The position numbers were made by a program, and so were the translations under genes. DNA of 64,000 bases from Escherichia coli (GTDB lineage: Bacteria; Pseudomonadota; Gammaproteobacteria; Enterobacterales; Enterobacteriaceae): assembly GCF_030013595.1 (NCBI RefSeq), contig NZ_CP122768.1, one strand, 5' to 3'. Below, one piece after another: positions 51,279 to 61,995 of this stretch. Each line of letters begins with the position of its first letter. Positions within the stretch are counted from its first letter, which is position 1. A model generated the notes under the pieces. The model saw nothing but the letters and a program-made list of their open reading frames with translations, ran no database searches and had not been told where the DNA came from.

Positions 51279-53774
51279 ATGTTAACGATTCAATTTCTCT
51301 GTCCTTTGCCTAACGGTATTCATGCTCGTCCGGCGTGGGAACTTAAAGAACAGTGCAGCCAGTGGCAAAGCGAAATCACTTTTATTAACCATCGCCAGAA
51401 CGCAAAGGCCGATGCGAAAAGTTCGCTGGCGCTGATTGGCACCGGCACTTTATTTAATGACAGTTGCAGCCTGAACATTAGCGGCAGCGATGAAGAGCAG
51501 GCGCGGCGCGTGCTGGAAGAGTACATCCAGGTGCGCTTTATCGACAGCGACAGCATCCAGCCAACACAGGCAGAACTGACGGCGCATCCGCTGCCGCGTT
51601 CATTAAGCCGTCTGAATCCTGATTTACTGTACGGCAATGTGCTGGCAAGCGGCGTCGGCGTGGGTACGCTGACCCTGTTACAGAGCGACAGCCTCGATAG
51701 TTATCGGGTAATCCCTGCCAGTGCGCAAGACTCCACCCGGCTGGAGCACAGCCTGGCAACGCTTGCCGAGCAACTGAACCAGCAACTGCGCGAGCGTGAC
51801 GGCGAAAGCAAAACTATCCTCAGCGCCCATTTGTCGCTGATCCAGGATGATGAATTTGCAGGCAATATCCGTCACCTGATGGCAGAACAGCATCAGGGGC
51901 TGGGGGCGGCGGTCATCAGCAATATGGAGCAGGTTTGTGCCAAACTTTCTGCTTCTGCCAGCGATTATCTGCGCGAGCGGGTCAGCGACATTCGCGATAT
52001 CAGCGAACAGCTGCTGCATATCACCTGGCCGGAACTGAAGCCGCGCAACAATCTGGTGCTGGAAAAACCGACTATTCTGGTGGCCGAGGATTTAACCCCA
52101 AGCCAGTTTTTGAGCCTCGATCTAAAAAATCTTGCGGGCATGATTCTGGAGAAAACCGGGCGCACCTCGCATACACTGATTCTGGCCCGCGCCTCGGCGA
52201 TCCCGGTTCTTAGCGGCCTGCCGCTGGATGCGATTGCCCGTTATGCCGGGCAACCGGCGGTGCTTGACGCCCAGTGCGGCGTGCTGGCGATTAACCCGAA
52301 TGACGCGGTGAGCGGTTATTATCAGGTCGCGCAGACGCTGGCGGATAAACGCCAAAAACAACAGGCGCAGGCTGCCGCGCAGCTGGCCTATTCCCGTGAT
52401 AACAAGCGTATTGATATTGCGGCGAATATCGGCACCGCTCTGGAAGCGCCAGGCGCGTTTGCCAACGGCGCGGAAGGCGTTGGGCTGTTTCGTACCGAAA
52501 TGCTCTATATGGATCGCGACAGCGCGCCGGACGAGCAGGAGCAATTTGAAGCCTACCAGCAGGTGCTACTGGCAGCGGGCGACAAGCCGATTATCTTCCG
52601 CACGATGGACATCGGCGGCGATAAAAGCATTCCTTATCTGAATATTCCCCAGGAAGAGAACCCGTTCCTCGGCTATCGCGCGGTACGTATTTACCCGGAA
52701 TTTGCTGGCCTGTTCCGCACTCAACTGCGGGCCATTTTGCGCGCCGCCAGTTTCGGCAACGCCCAGTTGATGATCCCAATGGTTCACAGCCTCGATCAGA
52801 TCTTATGGGTGAAGGGCGAGATCCAAAAAGCGATCGTTGAGCTTAAGCGCGATGGCCTGCGTCATGCAGAGACGATTACGCTGGGTATCATGGTGGAAGT
52901 GCCGTCGGTGTGCTACATCATCGACCACTTCTGCGATGAGGTCGATTTCTTCAGTATCGGTTCTAACGATATGACCCAGTATCTGTATGCGGTCGATCGT
53001 AATAACCCGCGCGTATCGCCGCTGTATAACCCGATTACGCCATCGTTCCTGCGCATGTTGCAGCAGATTGTTACCACTGCGCATCAGCGCGGCAAATGGG
53101 TAGGTATTTGCGGTGAACTGGGCGGTGAAAGTCGTTATCTGCCTCTACTGCTTGGGCTGGGCCTGGACGAGTTAAGCATGAGTAGCCCGCGCATTCCGGC
53201 GGTGAAAAGCCAGCTTCGTCAACTGGATAGCGAGGCGTGTCGGGAACTGGCGCGTCAGGCGTGCGAGTGCCGCAGTGCGCAGGAAATTGAAGCGTTACTC
53301 ACCGCCTTTACGCCGGAAGAAGACGTTCGCCCACTGCTGGCGCTGGAGAATATCTTTGTTGATCAGTACTTTAGTAATAAAGAGCAGGCGATCCAGTTCC
53401 TGTGCGGCAACCTTGGTGTTAACGGGCGTACTGAACATCCGTTTGAGCTGGAAGAAGATGTCTGGCAGCGGGAAGAGATTGTTACTACTGGCGTTGGTTT
53501 TGGCGTGGCGATCCCGCACACCAAATCTCAGTGGATCCGTCATTCCAGTATCAGCATTGCCCGGCTGGTGAAACCGGTTGACTGGCAGTCAGAGATGGGC
53601 GAAGTCGAACTGGTGATCATGCTGACGTTGGGTGCTAACGAAGGGATGAACCATGTGAAAGTCTTCTCGCAGCTGGCGCGCAAATTGGTGAATAAAAACT
53701 TCCGCCAGTCGTTGTTTGCCGCGCAAGATGCGCAAAGCATCCTGACGCTGCTGGAAACGGAATTAACCTTCTGA
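51279..53774 (+). CDS. fryA: PTS multiphosphoryl transfer protein (HPr-like, enzyme I-like and EIIA domains fused)
   Basis: 831-aa ORF; N-terminal HPr-like PNGIHARPAWELKE, EI-like active site GRTSHTLILARASAIPVLSG, C-terminal EIIA-like region. Confidence 0.9.
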   Translation: MLTIQFLCPLPNGIHARPAWELKEQCSQWQSEITFINHRQNAKADAKSSLALIGTGTLFNDSCSLNISGSDEEQARRVLEEYIQVRFIDSDSIQPTQAELTAHPLPRSLSRLNPDLLYGNVLASGVGVGTLTLLQSDSLDSYRVIPASAQDSTRLEHSLATLAEQLNQQLRERDGESKTILSAHLSLIQDDEFAGNIRHLMAEQHQGLGAAVISNMEQVCAKLSASASDYLRERVSDIRDISEQLLHITWPELKPRNNLVLEKPTILVAEDLTPSQFLSLDLKNLAGMILEKTGRTSHTLILARASAIPVLSGLPLDAIARYAGQPAVLDAQCGVLAINPNDAVSGYYQVAQTLADKRQKQQAQAAAQLAYSRDNKRIDIAANIGTALEAPGAFANGAEGVGLFRTEMLYMDRDSAPDEQEQFEAYQQVLLAAGDKPIIFRTMDIGGDKSIPYLNIPQEENPFLGYRAVRIYPEFAGLFRTQLRAILRAASFGNAQLMIPMVHSLDQILWVKGEIQKAIVELKRDGLRHAETITLGIMVEVPSVCYIIDHFCDEVDFFSIGSNDMTQYLYAVDRNNPRVSPLYNPITPSFLRMLQQIVTTAHQRGKWVGICGELGGESRYLPLLLGLGLDELSMSSPRIPAVKSQLRQLDSEACRELARQACECRSAQEIEALLTAFTPEEDVRPLLALENIFVDQYFSNKEQAIQFLCGNLGVNGRTEHPFELEEDVWQREEIVTTGVGFGVAIPHTKSQWIRHSSISIARLVKPVDWQSEMGEVELVIMLTLGANEGMNHVKVFSQLARKLVNKNFRQSLFAAQDAQSILTLLETELTF

Positions 53775-53776
53775 CG

Positions 53777-54634
53777 TTAGCCCTGAAAACGGGCGCTGTA
53801 CTCTCCCGGCGTCAGGCCAAACTGACGCCGGAAGACGCGACAAAAATAGTCGCTGTCCGGAAAGCCGCAACGCTGCGCCACTTCATGAATCGACAGATGA
53901 TATTTCTGCAAAATCATCCTCGCCTTCGCCATTCGCACCCAACGCACATATTCGATAAAACGCATTGTTCCATGCTGCGCAAACAGTTTTGACAGATGAT
54001 TGGGCGTGATATTAAAAAACAGCGCCACGCTCTCACGGGTGAGCGGCTGGGCATAATTATCCTGAACCCAGTTACAAATGCTGTGATAAAGAAAATCGCC
54101 GCGCGGCTGCGAATTGCCCGGCGGCATATTCACCACGTTGCGGCAAAGATGCAGCAAACTTAACACCAGCGGCTGAATGATATTCTGCTCCAGCGGCGAA
54201 CGGCTAAGATGGGTGAGGGCAGTAAGCATTGCTTCACCTTCGCCGCGTTGCAGGCTGGGAAGTTGGATCTGGCGAGCAGGATGCAACAACGACGTGGTGC
54301 GGCTATCGTAAAACGATAACCCAAGCCAGGTCGGCGCGAATACCAGGCTTAACAGCATTACCGGTTTGTTGTTGACCGGTAAATTAGCCGCGCGTGCCGG
54401 AATAAACAGCATTTCTCCTTCCACCATACGTTGCTGCTTTGCTTCCAGCAGATTGCCGTATTCGCCGCGTAGCACGATATCCAGACGGGGAAAATCAATA
54501 CATAAACTGCCCACTGGCAATGAGGCAGGCTGGCTGGCAAACCAGACGCGCCCCAGTAGTTGCGGGTTAAGCACCAGGCCGCTGAACAGATCGGCGAAAA
54601 ATTGTTGATCGGCGGGCAAGCCTGGTGCTTTCAT
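53777..54634 (-). CDS. ypdC: AraC-family transcriptional regulator
   Basis: 285-aa ORF; C-terminal AraC HTH (...IHEVAQRCGFPDSDYFCRVFRRQFGLTPGEY). Confidence 0.88.
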   Translation of the reverse strand: MKAPGLPADQQFFADLFSGLVLNPQLLGRVWFASQPASLPVGSLCIDFPRLDIVLRGEYGNLLEAKQQRMVEGEMLFIPARAANLPVNNKPVMLLSLVFAPTWLGLSFYDSRTTSLLHPARQIQLPSLQRGEGEAMLTALTHLSRSPLEQNIIQPLVLSLLHLCRNVVNMPPGNSQPRGDFLYHSICNWVQDNYAQPLTRESVALFFNITPNHLSKLFAQHGTMRFIEYVRWVRMAKARMILQKYHLSIHEVAQRCGFPDSDYFCRVFRRQFGLTPGEYSARFQG

Positions 54635-54646
54635 GAAAGTTCCCGA

Positions 54647-55381
54647 TTAAAGATGCATTAACTGGCGGAATTCTTTAACTTTGCTGCGGCTGACCGGCAC
54701 TTCAAAATCCAGATCTTTCAGCCGCAGAATATAGGTGTTATTAAACCACGGTTCGATCTCGCGGATTTTGTTCAGATTGACACAAAATGAGCGATGGCAG
54801 CGGAAAAAATGCGACGGCGGCAGCTTGCTGCAAAACTCGGTAATGTTCATCGGCATTACGTAGGATTCACGCCGCGTATAGACAAAGGTCATTTTCTCGT
54901 GCGCTTCGGCGTAATAGATATCGTTAATTGGCGTGACAATGATTCGCTCATCTTTCACCAGATTAATGGTGTCATTCTCACGCGTTACCGTCGCGGCAGG
55001 CGTACTGCTGGTCTGCTGTTGTTGCCAGGCTGCTTCCAGTTTTTGCAGCATCCCGGTAATGCGTGACTCCTGATACGGTTTGAGAATGTAGTCAAACGCC
55101 TCCAGTTCAAACGCTTCTACCGCATGTTCTTTCCACGCGGTGATAAACACAATAAATGGTTTATGGGCGAACTGGCTGATGTTTTGTGCCAGCAACACAC
55201 CATCCAGCGACGGAATATTGATATCCAGAAAAATGGCGTCGACGCGGTTATGCTGCAAAAACTTCAACACGTCCAGACCGTCGTCAAAGGTGCCGACAAT
55301 CTCCATCTGGCTGTGCTCTTTAATTAGCCAGCTCAGTTCCTGTTGTGCCAGGAATTCGTCTTCAACAATGATGACTTTCAC
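54647..55381 (-). CDS. ypdB: LytTR-family response regulator
   Basis: 244 aa from GTG 55379-55381 (MKVIIVEDEFLAQQ...); receiver domain with D at FLDINIP; C-terminal LytTR DNA-binding domain. Confidence 0.88.
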   Translation of the reverse strand: MKVIIVEDEFLAQQELSWLIKEHSQMEIVGTFDDGLDVLKFLQHNRVDAIFLDINIPSLDGVLLAQNISQFAHKPFIVFITAWKEHAVEAFELEAFDYILKPYQESRITGMLQKLEAAWQQQQTSSTPAATVTRENDTINLVKDERIIVTPINDIYYAEAHEKMTFVYTRRESYVMPMNITEFCSKLPPSHFFRCHRSFCVNLNKIREIEPWFNNTYILRLKDLDFEVPVSRSKVKEFRQLMHL

Positions 55382-55395
55382 AATATCACTCCGGC

Positions 55396-57093
55396 TCAAA
55401 GCAATAATGTAGCCTGTGAGGCGACTGGGGTGCGTTGGTTAGGAATGTAAAACGCAATTTCCGTTCCTGGTTCCAGGCGGCGGATATGCAGCCCCTCGCC
55501 ATACAATAACTTCACACGATGATGGACATTCAGCAGGCCAATTTTATTGCCCGGCATTTCATTCGCTTCGACCCGCTCAATCACCTTTGGATCGATGCCG
55601 TGCCCGGTATCTCGCACCGCAATACGTACCCGATTACCGCACTCTGCAACGCTGATGGTGACAACGCCTTTACCTTTGCAAGGCTGGATACCGTGGACAA
55701 TGGCGTTTTCCACCAACGGCTGGATCAGCAGGCTGGGAATGCAGCAATTCACCTCTTCATCAATATCATAGATAACCGTCAGCTTGTCGCCAAAGCGGGC
55801 CTGCTCAATGGCAATATAGTCTTTAATTTGATACAGCTCTTTTTTGATATCGATTTGCTCATCGTCTTTTAATTCAATGTTATAGCGCAGATAACGCGAC
55901 AGATTAAAGATCAGCTGGCGAGCGGTATCCGGATTCAGACGGATTGACGATGAAATAGCGTTCAAAGCGTTAAACAGGAAATGGGGATTAATTTTGCTTT
56001 GCAGGGCGCGAAGCTCTGCCTTATTTGCCATTTCACGTAGCTGCTCGGCGCGTGAAACCTCCAGTTGCGTGGAGATGATTTGCGACAGACCGACCGCCAT
56101 TTCCTGTAATGATGACGTAATCTGATGCGCGTGGCAGTAGTAAATTTTCAGTGTTCCGGTCACAACGCCTTTCTCCCACAATGGGATCACCAGCATGGAA
56201 TGAATCTCTGGTGTGCGGTGGGCTTCATCATTGTTTTTAATGATGATTTTTCCGTAATTCATCGCCTGTCGGGTAGTCGGGCTAATGAAGTCATCGCCAT
56301 TCTGATAGTTGTGTTCACCCACGCCAACATAGGCCAGCACATGATCGGTATTGGTAATCGCCACCGCATCGGCATGAATATCATCGCGGATAATTTCACA
56401 AACTTTGCGTAATGACTCGCTATTGACATGGCGAAACAGCGGCAGCGTTTTGTTGGCGATATCCAGCGCCAGCTTGGCCTGCCGCGCGGCGCTGGCCTCT
56501 TTTTCGCCCTCAACGCTTTGCACCAGCAGCACAATAAAGCCGATACAGACGCTACCGAGGATCATCGGAATCCCGATTTTAGAGACGATATCGATCCCCA
56601 ACGCGGTAGTTGGTGCCCAGACAATCACCAGAATCATGGTCAACGTTTCACATAACATGCCGCCGAGAATACCGACGCGCCAGCGCTGTGCTTTGGGGAT
56701 TTTCAGGTTGATCCAGCCCGATATACAACCCGCCAGAATGCTGGTGATAAAGCAGGGGATCGCCGTCACGCCGCCGATATCAATTAAATACCGGTGAATA
56801 CCCGCAATCACGCCGGTAATGATGCCTACCCACGGGCCAAACAGAATCCCGCCTGACATCACCGCGATAATACGAACGTTCACTAGCGAGCCTTCTACGG
56901 GAACGCCGGACCAGGTGCTGAACAGGGCAAACAGCGAGAAAATGGCGGTAACAGCGAGCAACTCTTTTGGGGAGTGCGCCGACTTGTGCAACAGTTCGCG
57001 AAACAGGCGGATACGGATGAGAAAGAACAGGCAGATAAGCATTAACGCTGCCCGATCGAAGACCGCCAGCAGCATGTTGAATATTTCGTGCAC
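55396..57093 (-). CDS. ypdA: LytS-type sensor histidine kinase
   Basis: 565-aa ORF from GTG; multi-TM N-terminus, GAF-like middle, His-kinase H-box region [18 protein letters not shown] and ATPase domain. Confidence 0.88.
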
Positions 57094-57469
57094 GGGTGAC
57101 TCTGAATAAGGATTAAACCTCTATGATAGGTAACCTGAAGGCTGATGACCAGCAGGCCGTTTTTGAGGAAAAACCACAATTTTAAAAGGGGATTGAAAGA
57201 TAAATGGTGTATTAGCAATGCATCTCTTGATAATGCACATCTGCTTGGTAAATTTATTGAAATTATAATGTTAATAAAATGAGTGGTAATTTTCTTGTTA
57301 GCGCAGATAAATTTCCTGTTTTTGAAGTGGAGTTCCTCATTTAAAGCCATTGATAAAAATGTTCTAAAACGCTGGACAGACAGAAATTAATCAGGCTATT
57401 TTCAAAACAGCCACCATCGTGGCAGCGTCGCTCGGACGGTCCGGGCGCTAACGTTAATCTGAGGAAATT

Positions 57470-58708
57470 ATGGCTGACACTCGCCCTGAACGTCGCTTTA
57501 CGCGCATTGATCGTCTCCCGCCCTACGTTTTTAATATTACCGCTGAACTGAAAATGGCTGCGCGTCGGCGCGGCGAAGATATTATCGATTTCAGTATGGG
57601 TAACCCGGACGGTGCGACTCCGCCGCATATCGTCGAAAAATTATGTACGGTGGCCCAGCGCCCGGACACGCATGGTTACTCCACGTCACGCGGCATTCCG
57701 CGGCTACGTCGCGCCATTTCCCGCTGGTATCAGGATCGCTACGACGTCGAGATCGACCCGGAATCAGAAGCCATCGTCACCATTGGTTCGAAAGAGGGAC
57801 TGGCGCATCTGATGCTGGCGACGCTGGATCATGGTGACACTGTACTAGTGCCTAATCCAAGCTACCCGATTCATATTTACGGCGCGGTGATTGCCGGGGC
57901 GCAGGTACGCTCAGTGCCGCTGGTGGAAGGTGTCGATTTCTTCAACGAACTGGAACGCGCCATTCGCGAAAGTTATCCGAAACCGAAGATGATGATCCTC
58001 GGCTTCCCGTCGAACCCAACCGCGCAATGCGTGGAACTGGAATTCTTTGAGAAGGTTGTGGCGCTGGCAAAACGCTACGATGTGCTGGTGGTCCATGACC
58101 TGGCCTATGCCGATATCGTCTACGATGGCTGGAAAGCGCCGTCAATCATGCAGGTGCCGGGCGCACGCGACGTGGCGGTCGAGTTCTTTACCCTGTCGAA
58201 AAGTTACAACATGGCGGGCTGGCGTATCGGCTTTATGGTTGGCAACAAAACGCTGGTCAGCGCGTTGGCACGTATTAAAAGCTATCACGATTACGGCACC
58301 TTTACGCCGTTGCAGGTGGCAGCGATTGCGGCGCTGGAGGGCGATCAACAGTGCGTGCGCGACATTGCTGAACAGTACAAACGCCGCCGTGATGTACTGG
58401 TAAAAGGGCTGCATGAAGCGGGCTGGATGGTCGAAATGCCGAAGGCTTCGATGTATGTCTGGGCGAAAATCCCGGAACCGTATGCTGCCATGGGCTCGCT
58501 GGAATTTGCCAAGAAGCTGCTGAACGAAGCGAAGGTCTGTGTCTCTCCGGGGATTGGCTTTGGCGACTACGGCGACACGCATGTTCGCTTTGCACTGATT
58601 GAAAACCGCGACCGTATTCGTCAGGCGATTCGTGGGATTAAAGCGATGTTCCGTGCCGATGGTTTACTACCCGCCAGCAGCAAACATATTCACGAAAACG
58701 CGGAATAA
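57470..58708 (+). CDS. alaC: glutamate-pyruvate aminotransferase
   Basis: 412-aa ORF; fold-type I aminotransferase with PLP-lysine in [14 protein letters not shown]. Confidence 0.9.
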   Translation: MADTRPERRFTRIDRLPPYVFNITAELKMAARRRGEDIIDFSMGNPDGATPPHIVEKLCTVAQRPDTHGYSTSRGIPRLRRAISRWYQDRYDVEIDPESEAIVTIGSKEGLAHLMLATLDHGDTVLVPNPSYPIHIYGAVIAGAQVRSVPLVEGVDFFNELERAIRESYPKPKMMILGFPSNPTAQCVELEFFEKVVALAKRYDVLVVHDLAYADIVYDGWKAPSIMQVPGARDVAVEFFTLSKSYNMAGWRIGFMVGNKTLVSALARIKSYHDYGTFTPLQVAAIAALEGDQQCVRDIAEQYKRRRDVLVKGLHEAGWMVEMPKASMYVWAKIPEPYAAMGSLEFAKKLLNEAKVCVSPGIGFGDYGDTHVRFALIENRDRIRQAIRGIKAMFRADGLLPASSKHIHENAE

Positions 58709-58726
58709 ACACCGACCTCAAAAATG

Positions 58727-58756
58727 CAAACAGGAGCCTGATGGCTCCTGTTTTTC
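58727..58756 (+). terminator. intrinsic terminator after alaC
   Basis: CAGGAGCC-TGAT-GGCTCCTG hairpin followed by TTTTTCATT. Confidence 0.7.
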
Positions 58757-58772
58757 ATTGCACAGTTTGCTT

Positions 58773-58844
58773 TTAGATCATCAGGGCAAAAGTACCGGCC
58801 CAAACGATGACCATAAAAGAAATGCCCATAAAGAAATATTTCAC
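58773..58844 (-). CDS. ypdK: 23-aa small membrane protein YpdK
   Basis: GTG 58842-58844 with GGAGAG RBS upstream; translation MKYFFMGISFMVIVWAGTFALMI; stop TAA 58773-58775; below the 60-aa track cut-off. Confidence 0.65.
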   Translation of the reverse strand: MKYFFMGISFMVIVWAGTFALMI

Positions 58845-59129
58845 TTTACATCTCTCCGCGTAATTACTGTTACGCCTGAATGACTTCATTACACCTGATA
58901 CAGTGAGTTGACACCGGGCAAAACGACCTTAAAAGTCCTGTATTTTACCGTGGGCATCACCCCAGAATTCTGAGCTAAACTGCTCCAGACGGCGCTAATG
59001 TACGCCTAAAACTGAAACGAGACAAGAGGCATTTTCTTATTTACTTTTAGTAACTTACAGGTGTCTCATATCGGCGACAGTTTAATTTCTGACGGTAATA
59101 ATTAGAGATTCAGCGAAGGAAAAAACCTT

Positions 59130-59167
59130 AAGAAAAAAGCCATAAAAACCATGAGGTTATTATGGCT
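59130..59167 (-). terminator. intrinsic terminator after lpxP
   Basis: 8-bp stem AGCCATAA (59138-59145) / TTATGGCT (59158-59165), followed on the minus strand by a U-run (plus-strand A-run 59132-59137). Confidence 0.55.
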
Positions 59168-59199
59168 GATTTGAGGAGGGAAAGAGTAAGAGCAGTTTG

Positions 59200-60120
59200 T
59201 TAAATGTATAGCGACGATTCTCCCACCGGGCGCGTTTTAAAGCGACGGTGGATCCAGAGGTACTGCTCCGGTGCGCGCATGATCTCTTTTTCGATAATCT
59301 TGTTCATATAGGCAGCGGCTTGATTTTCATCTGCCGGGTAGCCTTCCATCTCTGGGGTGATGTACAAACGATATCCGCTGTAATCCGCTTTTCTTACCAT
59401 CGTTACGGTTAACATGGCTGCGCCAGAGAGACGTGAAAGGACATACGTACCATTGGTTGTGGCGACATTTTCCACCGCAAAGAACGGCGCGAAGGAGCTG
59501 CCTTTACGACCATAATCCTGATCGGGAGCAAACCATACCGCTTCACCTTTCTTCAGTGCACCAACAATGCCGCGCAGATTATTTCTGCCGATCATCGCTT
59601 TGTTAGAGCGCATGCGCCCACGGGTCTGCACCCATTCCATCAGCTGATTATTATGTGGACGATAGGTAGCCATCATTGGTTGACACAGTCCCATCACGCG
59701 GCCGCCCAGTTCCAGCGACATAAAATGGACGCCGACAACCATTACGCCGCGATTTTGCATTTGTGCGTGTTTAAGGTTATCCAGCCCTTCAACATCAAAC
59801 CATTTGCGTACGCGACTGTCGGGCCAGAACCACGCCATGCCGGTTTCTACCAGCGCCATGCCGAGTGAACGAAAGTTTTCGGCGATCATCTTCTCGCGCT
59901 CTTCAGCAGAATGCTGCGGGAAACAAAGTTCCAGGTTTTTACGGGCGATAGATTCACGCCGTTTCAGGAATGGTCGCGCCATTGCGCCAATACGCGTGCC
60001 GAGAAAGCAGAGAACAGGATAAGGAAGCTGTACCCAAAGCCAGAGTACACCAAGCCCAAACCATGTGAGCCAGTAGCGAGGATGCAGAAACTCGCGGGAA
60101 AATTTGCATTTTGGAAACAT
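59200..60120 (-). CDS. lpxP: lipid A palmitoleoyl-ACP acyltransferase (cold-induced)
   Basis: 306 aa from ATG 60118-60120 (MFPKCKFSREFLHPRYWLTWFGLGVLWLW...); LpxL/LpxP late acyltransferase family. Confidence 0.9.
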   Translation of the reverse strand: MFPKCKFSREFLHPRYWLTWFGLGVLWLWVQLPYPVLCFLGTRIGAMARPFLKRRESIARKNLELCFPQHSAEEREKMIAENFRSLGMALVETGMAWFWPDSRVRKWFDVEGLDNLKHAQMQNRGVMVVGVHFMSLELGGRVMGLCQPMMATYRPHNNQLMEWVQTRGRMRSNKAMIGRNNLRGIVGALKKGEAVWFAPDQDYGRKGSSFAPFFAVENVATTNGTYVLSRLSGAAMLTVTMVRKADYSGYRLYITPEMEGYPADENQAAAYMNKIIEKEIMRAPEQYLWIHRRFKTRPVGESSLYI

Positions 60121-60472
60121 AGTTACCTTCTGTAGATACGAATTGTTGTATCGCAGAAGATTCCATGTCGACAGCGGTACACTCAATTGGTTGGGCCATC
60201 ATGTACGACAATGGTTCCTGTAAAGAGTGTAAAGACTAGTCAGGACATAACCACGAGGAGCATGAATGCGGTATCTGTACTTTATCACTGGCTGACTGCT
60301 TTCAGCTACTGATTATTAATCGTGCAAAGTAAATATTTTTCCGTACGCAACAGTCTTGCATTTAACATGCTGTTTTCATTGATGCTTAGCAAAAATTGCC
60401 AGAGGTTAAGGATTGTCTTACTATTAAAGTGACTGAAGTTACAGGTTTTTTAGCGCGGCAGGAGGTTGAGCT

Positions 60473-60715
60473 ATGATTTATTTATGGATGTTTCTCGCCC
60501 TGTGTATTGTCTGCGTAAGCGGATACATCGGTCAGGTACTGAACGTGGTCTCGGCGGTCTCTTCTTTCTTCGGCATGGTGATCCTCGCTGCACTCATTTA
60601 CTACTTCACCATGTGGTTAACAGGCGGTAATGAACTAGTGACGGGGATATTTATGTTTCTTGCCCCGGCTTGTGGCTTGATGATTCGCTTTATGGTGGGG
60701 TATGGCAGGCGGTAG
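60473..60715 (+). CDS. yfdY: small inner membrane protein YfdY
   Basis: 80-aa ORF with RBS GGAGG upstream; predicted TM helices. Confidence 0.85.
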   Translation: MIYLWMFLALCIVCVSGYIGQVLNVVSAVSSFFGMVILAALIYYFTMWLTGGNELVTGIFMFLAPACGLMIRFMVGYGRR

Positions 60716-60791
60716 TAGTTCAGGATGGATCATTTGGGCAGGTGCTCACATCATCAACAGATATGATTGTTCACCTGCCATGTGACAGACG

Positions 60792-61067
60792 CTATCGCAC
60801 AGGATGAATAAGATAATTCGCCTTTGTCGGAAAAGGGGGCGTGATGTCTTCTGTGAGATTTAATGGTGGCGCATCTTCTCTCATCTTAAACAAAATCGCC
60901 TGTGATGGCTGAAGTTTTGTAGAATGAGTTGTCGTCATCACTGACGTTTTTTCTGTCTCTTTATAGCTCGTCTCACTTCCACCACCAGAAATGGAAAATG
61001 CAAAAACATTGCATGCCATAATAGAGACCAATAAAAATAAGCTAAAAAGCATTAAGTTTACTTTCAT
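60792..61067 (-). CDS. ypdI: putative lipoprotein YpdI
   Basis: 91-aa ORF; signal peptide with lipobox-like IMACN. Confidence 0.85.
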   Translation of the reverse strand: MKVNLMLFSLFLLVSIMACNVFAFSISGGGSETSYKETEKTSVMTTTHSTKLQPSQAILFKMREDAPPLNLTEDITPPFPTKANYLIHPVR

Positions 61068-61209
61068 AGAAAGTTATCCTGAGAATGGCTCACTGAGAAC
61101 CTACGATGTTATGGCTGTATTTACATTTAATTAATCAGTATTTACATCGATATAATAAATGACATCTCTTTGTGGTATATAAGAATAGTTCTCTGCGACA
61201 GGAAGCATA

Positions 61210-61227
61210 TTCCTACAATTGTAAGAC
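61210..61227 (+). promoter_or_regulatory. EvgA-box-like inverted repeat upstream of yfdX
   Basis: TTCCTACAATTGTAAGAC fits the remembered EvgA consensus TTCYTACA-NN-TGTARGAA at 16 of 18 positions; a second partial copy CTACAACTGTAAGAT lies about 61253-61267. Confidence 0.5.
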
Positions 61228-61362
61228 TAAAATACTTCTTGCGATAATAACTACAACTGTAAGATAACCCTTTCAAAATGACCGTTGCTCTCTGATTTCT
61301 CATTTCATGCTCACCCAATATGATGGCGGCGTTTTCTAAAACTGTTAAAGAATGAGGTAAGT

Positions 61363-61995
61363 ATGAAACGTTTAATTATGGCTACGATGGTCACAGCAAT
61401 TCTGGCATCTTCAACTGTATGGGCGGCTGATAATGCACCGGTAGCGGCACAACAGCAAACTCAGCAAGTTCAGCAAACCCAGAAAACGGCAGCAGCAGAG
61501 CGTATCTCTGAACAAGGTTTATATGCGATGCGTGACGTGCAGGTAGCGCGCCTGGCTCTGTTTCATGGCGATCCGGAAAAGGCAAAAGAACTGACCAATG
61601 AAGCTTCAGCTTTGTTGTCAGATGACAGTACCGAATGGGCAAAGTTCGCTAAGCCAGGTAAAAAAACCAATGTCAATGATGACCAATATATTGTCATTAA
61701 TGCATCTATCGGAATTTCTGAGAGTTATGTAGCGACACCCGAAAAAGAAGCCGCGATAAAAATTGCCAACGAAAAAATGGCGAAAGGGGATAAAAAGGGC
61801 GCAATGGAAGAGCTTCGCCTGGCCGGTGTTGGCGTAATGGAAAACCAATATCTGATGCCGCTCAAACAGACTCGTAATGCACTTGCTGATGCGCAGAAAC
61901 TGCTTGATAAAAAGCAATACTACGAGGCAAACCTGGCGCTTAAAGGTGCGGAAGATGGAATCATCGTCGATAGCGAAGCACTGTTTGTGAACTAA
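61363..61995 (+). CDS. yfdX: periplasmic protein YfdX
   Basis: 210-aa ORF; signal peptide [21 protein letters not shown]. Confidence 0.9.
   Translation: MKRLIMATMVTAILASSTVWAADNAPVAAQQQTQQVQQTQKTAAAERISEQGLYAMRDVQVARLALFHGDPEKAKELTNEASALLSDDSTEWAKFAKPGKKTNVNDDQYIVINASIGISESYVATPEKEAAIKIANEKMAKGDKKGAMEELRLAGVGVMENQYLMPLKQTRNALADAQKLLDKKQYYEANLALKGAEDGIIVDSEALFVN

Noticed and set aside
60262-60312. Mini-ORFs (16 aa from ATG 60262, or 9 aa from ATG 60266) following a GAGGAG motif in the lpxP-yfdY divergent region
   Set aside because: Too short, with ambiguous SD spacing and nothing to indicate a leader peptide; noted only as a possibility.
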